DNA of 48,636 nucleotides. Origin: an uncultured Clostridia bacterium (GTDB lineage Bacteria; Bacillota; Clostridia; Oscillospirales; Acutalibacteraceae). Numbering within the stretch: position 1 is the first letter of the stretch; each line of letters starts with the position of its first letter. This document shows, piece by piece, positions 48,536 to 48,636 of the stretch. Under the pieces are notes generated by a model. The model did not search any database. It was given only the letters and a program-made list of their open reading frames with translations, and was not told the DNA's origin. The position numbers were made by a program, and so were the translations under genes. The stretch is from contig CAMFQG010000001.1 in the NCBI GenBank assembly GCA_945980035.1, forward strand, positions 1-48,636, given 5' to 3'.

Positions 48536-48636
48536 TACTAATTGAAAATGGAAAATTGAAAATGGAAAATGGAAAATTGTAGTCGAGCAGATGAAAAGTC
48601 AGCACATAGGTAAGTCTTTAGTGTCAGCACATAGGT
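48536..48636 (+). repeat. Dispersed repeat family A, copy truncated by the window edge
   Basis: AA(T/A)(T/G)GAA-type heptamers, then GTAGTCGAGCAGAT, then GTCAGCACATAGGT at period 25; reverse complement of 1-93. Confidence 0.9.

Noticed and set aside
1-48636. Linear plasmid/phage or giant transposon bounded by terminal inverted repeats
   Set aside because: The interior is core chromosome (secA, valS, gltX, glnS) with no replication, capsid or transposase genes. Related repeats also occur internally, so a contig broken at repeats is the simpler explanation.

Overview
Low-GC Firmicute chromosomal segment; gene style suggests a Ruminococcus-like gut Clostridium (inference). It is probably a whole contig broken at both ends in the same repeat. 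Housekeeping and metabolic genes: glgB, a DegV protein, a 2-hydroxyacid dehydrogenase, an Fe-alcohol dehydrogenase, an FHA-RodA/PBP-secA-gltX-glnS run, bioY with two BirA operators, T-box-regulated valS, a polar amino-acid ABC importer, a K+-dependent membrane pyrophosphatase and a sugar ABC importer. Accessory content: an ECF sigma/anti-sigma pair with Ig-like surface proteins, an orphan HipA-like kinase, a YtrA-type ABC exporter, and a TetR-to-AraC efflux/detox cluster next to a DUF5131 gene. The most unusual signal is non-coding. A modular, palindrome-rich dispersed repeat family with heptamer tandem-repeat termini occurs five times: at both window ends, after degV, over the glnS stop codon, and inside the valS leader. 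A second, unrelated nested-hairpin element follows valS. I found no tRNA, rRNA, CRISPR array, transposase or integrase. All calls come from reading motifs by eye; no database searches were run.
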